Origin: Pachysolen tannophilus NRRL Y-2460
Taxonomy: Eukaryota
Direction: 5' to 3'
Length of the DNA stretch: 64,000 nucleotides
Assembly: GCA_001661245.1 (NCBI GenBank)
Contig: KV454015.1
Span: forward strand, 537,465 to 601,464
Shown: piece after piece, positions 13,098 to 22,830 of the stretch
Layout: every line of letters starts with the position of its first letter
Numbering within the stretch: the first letter of the stretch is position 1
Translations under genes and position numbers: made by a program
The notes under the pieces: generated by a model
Told to the model about the DNA's origin: nothing
What the model saw: only the letters and a program-made list of their open reading frames with translations
Database searches by the model: none

Positions 13098-15374
13098 ATG
13101 GTTAGTCTGGCTAAAAAGAAATCTTCTAGTGCTTCTACTAGTGAAGTTTTAACAAGTAAATCTAAATTGGATGATGATATCTTGGTACCAGTTGAAAAAT
13201 CCAATTCAGCAATTGATTTGAGAAAAGAAAGCCAATATAGAGTTGTTTGTGGGATTTTAACTGTTATTGCTTTTTTCACGAGATATTATTCTATTAGTTA
13301 TCCTAATGAAGTTGTCTTTGATGAAGTTCATTTTGGAAAATTTGCTGCATATTATATTGAAAGAACTTATTTTTTTGATTTACATCCACCTTTTGCTAAA
13401 TTGCTTATTGCTGCTATTGGATATCTTGTTGGATTCAATGGTAAGTTTAAATTTGATAATATTGGAGATAATTATGTTACCAATAATGTTCCTTATATAC
13501 CTTTAAGATGTTTAAGTGCAGTTTTAGGAACATTGACAGTACCTGTTATGTTTAATACCATGAAAGAATGTGGTTATAGTGTGCAGACTTGTCTGTTTGC
13601 TGCTTGTTTGGTCTTGTTTGATAATGCTCATGTTGCAGAGACAAGGTTGATATTATTGGATCTGACTTTGATTTTGTCTGTTGCATTGTCTTTATTTTGT
13701 TATGTTAAATTTACAAAACAAAGAAATTCTCCATTTAAATTACAATGGTGGAAATGGCTTATCCTGACTGGTATCTCCTTATCATGTGTTATTTCAACCA
13801 AATATGTTGGTGTATTTACATTTTTCACTATTGGGTTTGCTGTACTTGTAGACTTGTGGGCTTTATTGGATTATAAGAAAGGATTAACTATAAAACAATT
13901 TTATAGACATTTTATCTCTAGATTTATTAGTTTACTCGTTTTACCATTTATCATTTATTTAAGTTGGTTCTATGTTCATTTTGCAATCTTAACAAAATCA
14001 GGTCCAGGTGATGCTTTCATGAGTCCTGAATTTCAAGAAACACTTGGTGATTCACCTTTAGCAAGAGAAGCTAAACTGGTTAATTATTACGATATCATTA
14101 CTATCAAACATAAGGATACTCAAGCTTACTTACATTCTCATCACTACCACTATCCATTGCGTTATGAAGATGGTAGGGTCTCTTCTCAAGGACAACAAGT
14201 TACAGCTTTTGAAGGTGAAGATATGTATAACAATTGGGAAATCTTACCTGTTAAAGAATATGATGAAAACGATAAATTGAACCATGCAGTTCGTCAAAGT
14301 GATGTCATAAGATTGAAGCATGTAGGAACTGGCGGTTATTTACTTACCCATGATGTTGCATCACCTTTGTTTCCAACAAATGAAGAATTTGTAGTTATTA
14401 ATCCAGAATTAGGAGATAATGAAAGATTCAACGATACTTTATTCAAATTGGATCCATTTGACAAGAAGAAAGGTTCTATCTTGAAGACAAAAGCTTCTTT
14501 AATTAAATTCTTGCATGTTCCAACAATGGTTGCAATGTGGACACATAATGATGAATTATTACCAGATTGGGGGTTCCATCAACAGGAAGTTAATGGTAAC
14601 AAGAATGTTCAAAGTTCTGAAAATATATGGTTTATTGAAGAAATTGTTGATTTGAGTGATGAAAGAAAACTGTACGTACCGAAATCAATCAAGACTCTTC
14701 CATTCTTGCTGAAATGGTTAGAATTACAAAAACAAATGTTTGAACAAAACAATAAGTTAACCTCTGATCACCCATTTGCTTCTGAGCCAGGAACATGGCC
14801 TTTCTCCTTAAGTGGTGTTTCCTTTTGGACAAACGATAATGAAAGAAAACAAATTTTCTTTATTGGAAACATAACTGGCTTCTGGATCGAAGTTTCTTTC
14901 TTGTGTTGTTATATCGGTTTGGTCTTGGGTGATCAATTAACAAGACAAAGAAATGTGAAACTTCTTAATGATAAATCAAGGTCTCGTTTATATAATACCT
15001 TGGGATTCTTTTTCATGGGTTGGTGTTTACACTATTTGCCATTTTTCTTAATGAGCAGACAAAAATTCTTACATCATTATCTTCCTGCCCATTTAATTGC
15101 AGCGTTATTTAGTGGTGGATTATTGGAGTTTATGTTCACTGACAATAGAGCAGATTCATTGAAATCAAAAGAAGAAATTACTGAAAGAAAACAGAAAGGT
15201 GGACAAAACTCTGTTAATAGCACTTTGTTAACACCATTGATTGTCTTACTTTTATCAGTATTAATATGGAACTTTATATATTTTGCTCCAATCACCTACG
15301 GTAACACCACTTTGTCAGTACCAGAAGTTCAACTGAGACAATGGCTTGGTATGAAATTACATTTTGCCAAATAA
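13098..15374 (+). CDS. PMT4: Dolichyl-phosphate-mannose:protein O-mannosyltransferase, PMT4 subfamily
   Basis: VVFDEVHFGKFA, FFDLHPPFAKLL, MIR domains, YPLRYEDGRVSSQGQQVT, RQKFLHHYLPAH. Confidence 0.93.
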   Translation: MVSLAKKKSSSASTSEVLTSKSKLDDDILVPVEKSNSAIDLRKESQYRVVCGILTVIAFFTRYYSISYPNEVVFDEVHFGKFAAYYIERTYFFDLHPPFAKLLIAAIGYLVGFNGKFKFDNIGDNYVTNNVPYIPLRCLSAVLGTLTVPVMFNTMKECGYSVQTCLFAACLVLFDNAHVAETRLILLDLTLILSVALSLFCYVKFTKQRNSPFKLQWWKWLILTGISLSCVISTKYVGVFTFFTIGFAVLVDLWALLDYKKGLTIKQFYRHFISRFISLLVLPFIIYLSWFYVHFAILTKSGPGDAFMSPEFQETLGDSPLAREAKLVNYYDIITIKHKDTQAYLHSHHYHYPLRYEDGRVSSQGQQVTAFEGEDMYNNWEILPVKEYDENDKLNHAVRQSDVIRLKHVGTGGYLLTHDVASPLFPTNEEFVVINPELGDNERFNDTLFKLDPFDKKKGSILKTKASLIKFLHVPTMVAMWTHNDELLPDWGFHQQEVNGNKNVQSSENIWFIEEIVDLSDERKLYVPKSIKTLPFLLKWLELQKQMFEQNNKLTSDHPFASEPGTWPFSLSGVSFWTNDNERKQIFFIGNITGFWIEVSFLCCYIGLVLGDQLTRQRNVKLLNDKSRSRLYNTLGFFFMGWCLHYLPFFLMSRQKFLHHYLPAHLIAALFSGGLLEFMFTDNRADSLKSKEEITERKQKGGQNSVNSTLLTPLIVLLLSVLIWNFIYFAPITYGNTTLSVPEVQLRQWLGMKLHFAK

Positions 15375-15688
15375 AACAAGAGAATAAAAGAAGAAATTTT
15401 CCTTTAATTTTTTTTTTTTTTCTTTTTGCAAGATAAAAGATTTACTTTGTTTCATTTTCATTTAATCCTCTTTATCATCACTATTATTAACTCTTCCTCC
15501 TTCATTTTTTTTTTCCTTTTCTTCGAATTTTTGATTTTTGTACTGTATATCAACGGTATTGACCAGACTATTTGCCTTTTTTCTTTTTTCTTTTTTTTTT
15601 TTTATTATATTTGTTCCCATATTAACATATCTCATTAAATAAATACGTATATATATCTATATCTATATCTTGCCGCACAGTTTATTAA

Positions 15689-16669
15689 TCAAATGCTTGG
15701 AAAGGGTAAACGTCTATGTATTCTATTAACAATCTCTAAGTATTCAAGTTCCATACCGATTGTTAAATAGCCATGTCTGATCAAGAAATCAATAATGACA
15801 CCAGCACAATTATATTTAAATTCTCCATTTGCCAACCTTGTTAAGACTTCATCAATACCCATTAGATAAAACTCTTGAACTTCATTATCAGTCGGTTTGG
15901 GAATTTTTTCAGGTTTCATAACCAAATCAAAAATAAATTCAACTTCAGGTTGGATCAATCCAAATTCATTGTTGTAAACTTCAGGTTCATGTTGATAAAT
16001 ATAAGAAATAACTCCATTTTGTTTTATATTTTCCCGGACATATGCTTCATCTAAACCAGCTTCCTCGTAACACTCTTTCACACATGTTTCAAAGACACCA
16101 TAAGGGTATCCCATACCACCAGCAACGGTATTGTCCAACATTCCCGGATATGTTGGTTTCTGATACGATCTTCTAGGTACCCATAATTTCAACTTTCCAT
16201 CTTCCGACAATTCAGGAGGTATATAACCATTAATATGGACACCATAAGTTATAACACCTAATAACATACTAAAAGCTCTCTCAACTAACAAATATGGGGT
16301 ATGAGAAGGATTATATACGACATAAAGCTCATTTCTCCAACCTTTCAATATATTGAAAGTATTCATCGATCTCCAAGCCTCTGCAATTTCTTTAAACTTT
16401 AAGTTTCTGGATTCAATTGTATCCAACAGCGGAATTATAGCAACAGTCCTCAGTACTTCATCAACACTCACACAATCAGAATGCTCTTTAAACCTCTCAG
16501 CAACTAGCGGTAACATATAACCAATTAATGTACCATCATGAGCTAAAAATTTATATGTAGATTTCTCAAATAAACCATAACGGTTCACTTCATGAGCATA
16601 AGGTAAAACATCTATCTTCCTAATCAATTCCACCAACGAGAACTTCTTATTACCTGATTCGGCTTCCAT
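15689..16669 (-). CDS. Nudix hydrolase, YJR142W/Tnr3-like
   Basis: GWRNELY, YGVHINGY, PGMLDNTVAGG and Nudix box ETCVKECYEEAGL. First ATG is at 16669. Confidence 0.88.
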   Translation of the reverse strand: MEAESGNKKFSLVELIRKIDVLPYAHEVNRYGLFEKSTYKFLAHDGTLIGYMLPLVAERFKEHSDCVSVDEVLRTVAIIPLLDTIESRNLKFKEIAEAWRSMNTFNILKGWRNELYVVYNPSHTPYLLVERAFSMLLGVITYGVHINGYIPPELSEDGKLKLWVPRRSYQKPTYPGMLDNTVAGGMGYPYGVFETCVKECYEEAGLDEAYVRENIKQNGVISYIYQHEPEVYNNEFGLIQPEVEFIFDLVMKPEKIPKPTDNEVQEFYLMGIDEVLTRLANGEFKYNCAGVIIDFLIRHGYLTIGMELEYLEIVNRIHRRLPFPSI

Positions 16670-17074
16670 ATTCAACTCTTTCAAAGACCTACCAATACCT
16701 ATCTATATATATATATATAAATCAATTATTATCAACCTTAAAAGAAGGTTTACTAGTACTATTTAATAGTACTAATAAACCAAAGGAAAGAAAAAACTTC
16801 TCCGTTTTGCATATGTTTTCTCCTGGTTGGAAAATCCAAAATTCTCCGTACCGTTTCCGGAAAACATTTGAGTTTGTTTTCTCCTTTTTGGAGATTTTTG
16901 TTTTTTTTTATTTTCTCCGTATCTCCGCCTTTTCTTCTCCGTTTAGATAACGAGTATATAAAATTTTAGGATACGGAAGAGGTGAATAAATACCAGCGAG
17001 TATTTAATCAATTTAATCATATTATTCATTTGTATTATTCCAAGATCAGATAGTGGCTTGGTGGTATATGGAAG

Positions 17075-20000
17075 ATGTCGGTGAAAACGCTGGTGAAGCT
17101 ATTAGATGATGTTTTTCAGAAGAATAATAGCAGTGCGAGGGGTGAATTGATGGCGACTTTAAATCAAGTGGCCGAGACTTATATTACTTATGATTTAATA
17201 ACGAGTGATTTTAGACCAATAATCGATAAATTGTATGATATCTATGAGAACTCAACATTGACCTCTAATTTAGAGGATGAGATTTTGTTTATTGAAGTTT
17301 TGAACGTCTTAGGGGGTTGTTTTATTGATTATGATTCAATTCAGCTATTCGTCAAGAGATATATTAAGTATTCTATAGATAGTGCTGGATATGATTTAAA
17401 ACTTTGTTCTTTATCAAGAAGTTTTATTTTGAAATTAACACTAATTGGGAATTTAGAAGGGAACAAAATTGGTAATAGTGATGATCAATATTTCAAATTG
17501 AAAAAATTTATTTCGGACAGCGTTTTAAATTATTTAATTGAAATTTATTTAAATAAGATTGATATAATAGATGAAAAAATTGATAGATCAACACAGGATT
17601 ATGAAGAGAGAAGGCGGTTTTTGATTTTGAACTGTAAAGACTTGTTGGTCGCACATGGAATCAAAGAAACCAAAAATTTATTAATAAAGATAGATGATCA
17701 CTTGGTTCATAAAGAGTCTAGACTAAGAGCGTTAAAATTATTATCATCACTAGTGGCGGCACTGCCGCCTGATTTATATCAGATATTGGATACCAAAATG
17801 TTTGATAATTTACTCAACTGTTTATGTTATGATAACTCAAGCTATTCAGTATCGGCCGCCAACTCGATATTGGTGATGTTATTACCTCATGTTTGTAGAG
17901 GTTTGAATCCATATTTAATGGTGCTATTTGTAATATATTGTAGATTATTATGTTGGAATTTACAAGTTGAAGCATTTGAAGATGAAAATTATGATGACAC
18001 TCCTCAAACAGAAAAATTGAATCCAATGGATAGTCAAAATTATGATAATAATGAATGGGAAATATTAGAAATGGAAGATGATGAAAATACTAATACAAGT
18101 ATCGAAGTTTACAATTATAAAAAATTATTTACTTACTTGTATGGGTTATATCCAATGACTTTTTTAAATTTTATCAAGAATCCATTAAAGTTTCTTGAAT
18201 TAAACACAGAAAAGAATAATTTCACAAGTCAAATTAATAGTATAATATCAAATGAAAAATTTGATGAATATGAAATCAGAGTGATATCTAAGGAATTACT
18301 TAAATGTTATGCCATCCATGAAAATTTTTTCAACTATCTTACTTACGAAGAAGAGTTAAATGATGAACAAAGATGGAACCGATTAGGTAACTTTGAAGAT
18401 ATAGCAGTAGCTTGTTTATCTTTAGATCAATACTCATTTCTTAAAGTTCCAGAAAATAATTATGGAGAAAATGAAATGAACAGTAACTTAACTTCATCTT
18501 TCATTCAAACAACCCCTTCAACTCAACAACAACAACAACAACTATCATTCAACAATAAACTCTCTAGTTCCACATCTATTGCTTCAAACCCCAAACTGTT
18601 GTTAGACTACCAGGTACTGGGTGACGATATAAATAATTTAATGGAATCACACAGACAATTATACTCTCATGGAACTGCTATAAGAAAAATGTCGAGCTCA
18701 TCGTCATCTGCAATAAGTAACAGTAATTCAAGGAAATGTTCAATTATTAGCAATAACTTGGATGGAGAACAAAATACCAGTGCGATCAATACCAGTTATC
18801 AAGGAACAGCATTGGATTTTTACAAGCGTGAATTATTATTAATGAAAAATGAATTAGAATTCACTAATTATCTAAAAGATTTGAACAAGTTGAAATTGAA
18901 GAATCTTCAAGAGGAAGTATTTAAAAGTTCCAAAGATTCTGTATCATTAGAGAATTCGTTAATGAATTTAAGATTAATAACTAATAAGAATGAAAAATTA
19001 TTAATAGATTTGAACAAGTTAAAAGATGAATTTAATAAATTCAAAAATGATAGATTGAAATATGAAGAGTTAATTTTGAATAAAAACAAGGGTCTCAAGA
19101 AATCAAATGAAGAGTTTTCAGCCAAAATAGATGATCTCATAAGGGAAAATAAGAGTTTGAATGATCATACAGATAAATTCCAAAAACAACTAATTTCAAA
19201 AGATGATGAAATATTCAAATTACAAATGACATTAAAAGATACTGAAGAAATATTCCAAAATATCAGCGGAGAAAAGGAAAATAACAAGAATAATTCGGAA
19301 AATGTTGATAAAACACTGGAAACACATTTGGGGGTCGATGTTGTTAATGATTTAAAAAATGAGAATCGAAATTTAATTTTGGAATTAGACTTGAAAAATT
19401 CTCAAATTGAATCTTTGAAAAACGATTACAACAATAAAATAAATTTGCTAAAATTTGACAATAGTTCATTATCAGAAAAGATTAAAGATTTGAAGGCAGA
19501 CCACAGTGAATATTTCCAAAAGATTATCAAATCTTACGAATTCAAAATTGATGAATTATCTAGAAATCTAAAATTAGTTCAATCCTCACTTTATCTGAAA
19601 GAAAAGAAATTGATTACCTTAACCACTACACAGCCAATACCAATTAACACTAACTCGAATACAAGTAATAATAGTAGATCAGATGCTACTTCTAGTATTA
19701 GTAAAAACACCAGTCACGTCAATAGCAACAGTAATAATACCTCACTATTGGGTTATGATAGACCAGTTCTGGTCAACTCAGAGTCTTTTATGGGAAACTT
19801 TTCATCAGATCATTATGGAGACATTGATAACCGCATATTTGAAAGCAATCCACCAAAGACATCGTATTTGAATGCATATGGAGTTAAACATAACATTGAT
19901 CGCAACGGCGTCAATAATAGCAATGTTGGACGCTCGGCACGTCATTTGAATGGGTTAGCCAGTAATTTTTCATCTTCTACGAATGGTGGAAATGGTTCCA

Positions 20001-20077
20001 GTAACACTAATTCTAATGTCATTAAAGGTAGAGGTGGATTACAAACTAAAACGAGCAAGAAAGCTAACTGGATGTAG
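17075..20077 (+). CDS. TSC1: Hamartin (Tsc1) homolog
   Basis: LFTYLYGLYPMTFLNFIKNP and YCRLLCW in the N-domain; KRELLLMKNELEFTNYLK before a long coiled coil; C-terminal RGRGG-like motif (KGRGGLQ). Confidence 0.8.
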   Translation: MSVKTLVKLLDDVFQKNNSSARGELMATLNQVAETYITYDLITSDFRPIIDKLYDIYENSTLTSNLEDEILFIEVLNVLGGCFIDYDSIQLFVKRYIKYSIDSAGYDLKLCSLSRSFILKLTLIGNLEGNKIGNSDDQYFKLKKFISDSVLNYLIEIYLNKIDIIDEKIDRSTQDYEERRRFLILNCKDLLVAHGIKETKNLLIKIDDHLVHKESRLRALKLLSSLVAALPPDLYQILDTKMFDNLLNCLCYDNSSYSVSAANSILVMLLPHVCRGLNPYLMVLFVIYCRLLCWNLQVEAFEDENYDDTPQTEKLNPMDSQNYDNNEWEILEMEDDENTNTSIEVYNYKKLFTYLYGLYPMTFLNFIKNPLKFLELNTEKNNFTSQINSIISNEKFDEYEIRVISKELLKCYAIHENFFNYLTYEEELNDEQRWNRLGNFEDIAVACLSLDQYSFLKVPENNYGENEMNSNLTSSFIQTTPSTQQQQQQLSFNNKLSSSTSIASNPKLLLDYQVLGDDINNLMESHRQLYSHGTAIRKMSSSSSSAISNSNSRKCSIISNNLDGEQNTSAINTSYQGTALDFYKRELLLMKNELEFTNYLKDLNKLKLKNLQEEVFKSSKDSVSLENSLMNLRLITNKNEKLLIDLNKLKDEFNKFKNDRLKYEELILNKNKGLKKSNEEFSAKIDDLIRENKSLNDHTDKFQKQLISKDDEIFKLQMTLKDTEEIFQNISGEKENNKNNSENVDKTLETHLGVDVVNDLKNENRNLILELDLKNSQIESLKNDYNNKINLLKFDNSSLSEKIKDLKADHSEYFQKIIKSYEFKIDELSRNLKLVQSSLYLKEKKLITLTTTQPIPINTNSNTSNNSRSDATSSISKNTSHVNSNSNNTSLLGYDRPVLVNSESFMGNFSSDHYGDIDNRIFESNPPKTSYLNAYGVKHNIDRNGVNNSNVGRSARHLNGLASNFSSSTNGGNGSSNTNSNVIKGRGGLQTKTSKKANWM

Positions 20078-21057
20078 GAGTCTTAATAATGGTGTACTTT
20101 ATTTTAGCGTATTGTGTTAAACTTTATGAATTAACAATATATGTATATGTATATATAACTAACAAATGTAAATGATTACAAAGATAGATAGAAAACCTGG
20201 TCTGTTCGTACTTATTTAACTCATCTCTTATCGCTTTCGTGTAATGATGTAAGTTCTCTTTTTTTGCATTAAACTATACCTTCCTTTTTTAGAAGATTTG
20301 CAGCTGCATGAATAGTTATCATGAATATAACAAAATGACCTTTAGCTTATTCGAAGTTTATTGAAAGACAAAATGAGGAAGTGTCGGGGCAATATTTATT
20401 TAGTTTTTTCTTTATCCTTAGCTAGTCAATATTTGAAGTCAACTTCTTTGTAACTCTCTGGGGAAAAAAAAACGAAAGCGGTATTTAATAACTAACCCCT
20501 TATTAAAGGGGTATTAATCGCTTAAAAATACATGCATAAACGATTTTACCCCTTTTTTTTTACATTCATGAAATTACAAGAAAGGCTAACTATTCTCAAA
20601 AGGAAGAAGTCAAAATGCACCTATCGGTAACTAAAAGTGGATGGAAAGGTTAGCAATTAAAATTCAAAGTATGAAGTATGACATTTGATTTCGAGTTACC
20701 TTTTTACAAGTCTCTCCATGCGGCTGAATTTTTCTTTGACTTTCTTTTTTTGAACTGGCGACAGTCGAAATTTAAAAGCTACATCTTAGTTCCAATCTCC
20801 TTGATTATGTCATAGAATAGTTTAAGCAGTTGATGATCAGAATAGTGATTATTCAATCTAAACTTTATTTGCAGATGCCAGATTATACAAAATGATGGGA
20901 AGAACGGATGAGTATTTAAATGTGAATTTTTCTTTAAAAAAGCAGATGTAGAGAAAAGTAAGTCACTATTTTATTTTTTGCTTTCAACAGATTGTTTTCT
21001 ATCTTCCCTTGGACGATTTTGTGCTAAGTTTTGGGTTATCTTTGTTAATTCTAAAAG

Positions 21058-22464
21058 ATGGTGTCAGCTTTCAAACCTTTAGTTTTGAAGACATCAGAAA
21101 GGTATAATCACAATACTATCGAACATCAAAAAGATTCTCAGCCATTCTATTTACCTAAAAAGAAACAGTATGTAACTGAAGACTTCACTCACAACAATAC
21201 CACCAAAAAGATAATCAAGCAAGAGCCGGATATGCTTGATTTGGTCAATCAAAATTTAACGAAATCGTCAGGTCGTAGTTTGAATGATCACATATATTCG
21301 ATAGGAAAGGAAACTTCATATTTTTACTATACGTTTGTTGTTTTACAAGAAAAATTAAGAAACAGCTTCAACTTTAGTAGAGACAAATTTTCAGATTGTT
21401 CTAAATTACAAAAACGCAATTATGACAAAGGGATTGAAGAACTAAGTCAAACTTTTCTGCAAAATTTCTTACAGGCAAGAAAAGATCAAACTTCTAACAT
21501 TTCCGATGACTTGATTTCAAGAACGCAGATGGTAATATCAAATTCAAGTAAAGAGAGACTAGAGAAAAAGGTAAAGTTCAGAGAACCTTTGGTTGTTGAA
21601 ACAAATAATGATCAAAAAGAAAATGAGAACCAAGGATTGGAATATGTCCAAGGGGAATTTATAACTGGCTCCAAGATAAGTTCCTCTGCTTTAACTACAC
21701 CTAATCCAGTTGTGATACCAAAAACTTCCATACCTCAACTAGAATCAAATTCAATAAAAATTCCTGACAGTATTAATATAGAATTGCCAAGAACTCCAAG
21801 TGGTAGTAAGAGAAATGGAGCAATTTCATTGAAAAACCTTAAAAAATTGAAAAAATCACCTGAAAGGCACAAAAGTCAACCAGGACCGGCAGAACTAATA
21901 AAGAAAATAGAACCTTCAAATTTTCTACCACTTTCCACTTTTAGAGTAAAAAATTCTTTTAATATCAAACATTTTACTGATGATGAAGAATACACTTATG
22001 AATCAACCACAGATGATCCAAATACATTAACTCCATATGAAACTTTGATTAAGCAAGTTCCTAGAGCAGTTGGAAAAAACGGTAAAAAGAAACCAAATGG
22101 GCTCTGTCCTTACTGTGAAGTCCCCACTTTCAACGAGTTCAAAAACTCAAGCTACTTACATCACTTGAACAAACAACATGGTATTTTCTCCAATGGTGAG
22201 TTCATGCCTGACCCAATTGATTTCGGACTTTACCGCAGCGCTACTAAAGATAAAGGAATCAAGATCTTTGAAGGTCACAGATGTCCTTATCCTGATTGTG
22301 ATGTGGTTTGCAGAATCTCAAGAGAAGGAAAAGGCAGTAGCATGAAGAATAGGTTTTTGGAATACTTGAGGCATACACTGGATGTGCATAAAAGGGGTAA
22401 AAAATTGGACATCAAACGTAAAAGGGAATCAAAAGAACTGGACAAAACAGCTGCTCTCTTTTGA
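21058..22464 (+). CDS. Putative zinc-binding regulator with a Rua1-C/DUF4451-like domain
   Basis: C-terminal GLCPYCE...KNSSYLHHL..HGIFSNG..MPDP...CPYPDC...RH pattern; low-complexity N-terminal half. Confidence 0.55.
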   Translation: MVSAFKPLVLKTSERYNHNTIEHQKDSQPFYLPKKKQYVTEDFTHNNTTKKIIKQEPDMLDLVNQNLTKSSGRSLNDHIYSIGKETSYFYYTFVVLQEKLRNSFNFSRDKFSDCSKLQKRNYDKGIEELSQTFLQNFLQARKDQTSNISDDLISRTQMVISNSSKERLEKKVKFREPLVVETNNDQKENENQGLEYVQGEFITGSKISSSALTTPNPVVIPKTSIPQLESNSIKIPDSINIELPRTPSGSKRNGAISLKNLKKLKKSPERHKSQPGPAELIKKIEPSNFLPLSTFRVKNSFNIKHFTDDEEYTYESTTDDPNTLTPYETLIKQVPRAVGKNGKKKPNGLCPYCEVPTFNEFKNSSYLHHLNKQHGIFSNGEFMPDPIDFGLYRSATKDKGIKIFEGHRCPYPDCDVVCRISREGKGSSMKNRFLEYLRHTLDVHKRGKKLDIKRKRESKELDKTAALF

Positions 22465-22830
22465 CTAGAACATACATACATACGTACATATATGTATATA
22501 TATATATATAGATTAAAAAGACAAACACTGACTTACCAATACTCTGATACCAACTTTCTTGGAGCCAGGAAGCAATAAAGGACTAATACAAACACGAATT
22601 CAAGTCATAATCTCCACAAAGGTCGAATAGTAGCAACATAGTAAAGGGTGTCACGACACTACATATATGTGTCACGTGTCATGGCATCTGTTGCTCACTA
22701 TTTTTTTGAAAAGATAAAAGGTTTTCCCCTCTTATCTTTTAATAATCATTCCATTTATATGAAGATACTTTGAAATAGATCAAGATATGATTTTGGTTAT
22801 AGGGATTTGTATTTAGGGTTCAGTTAGATT

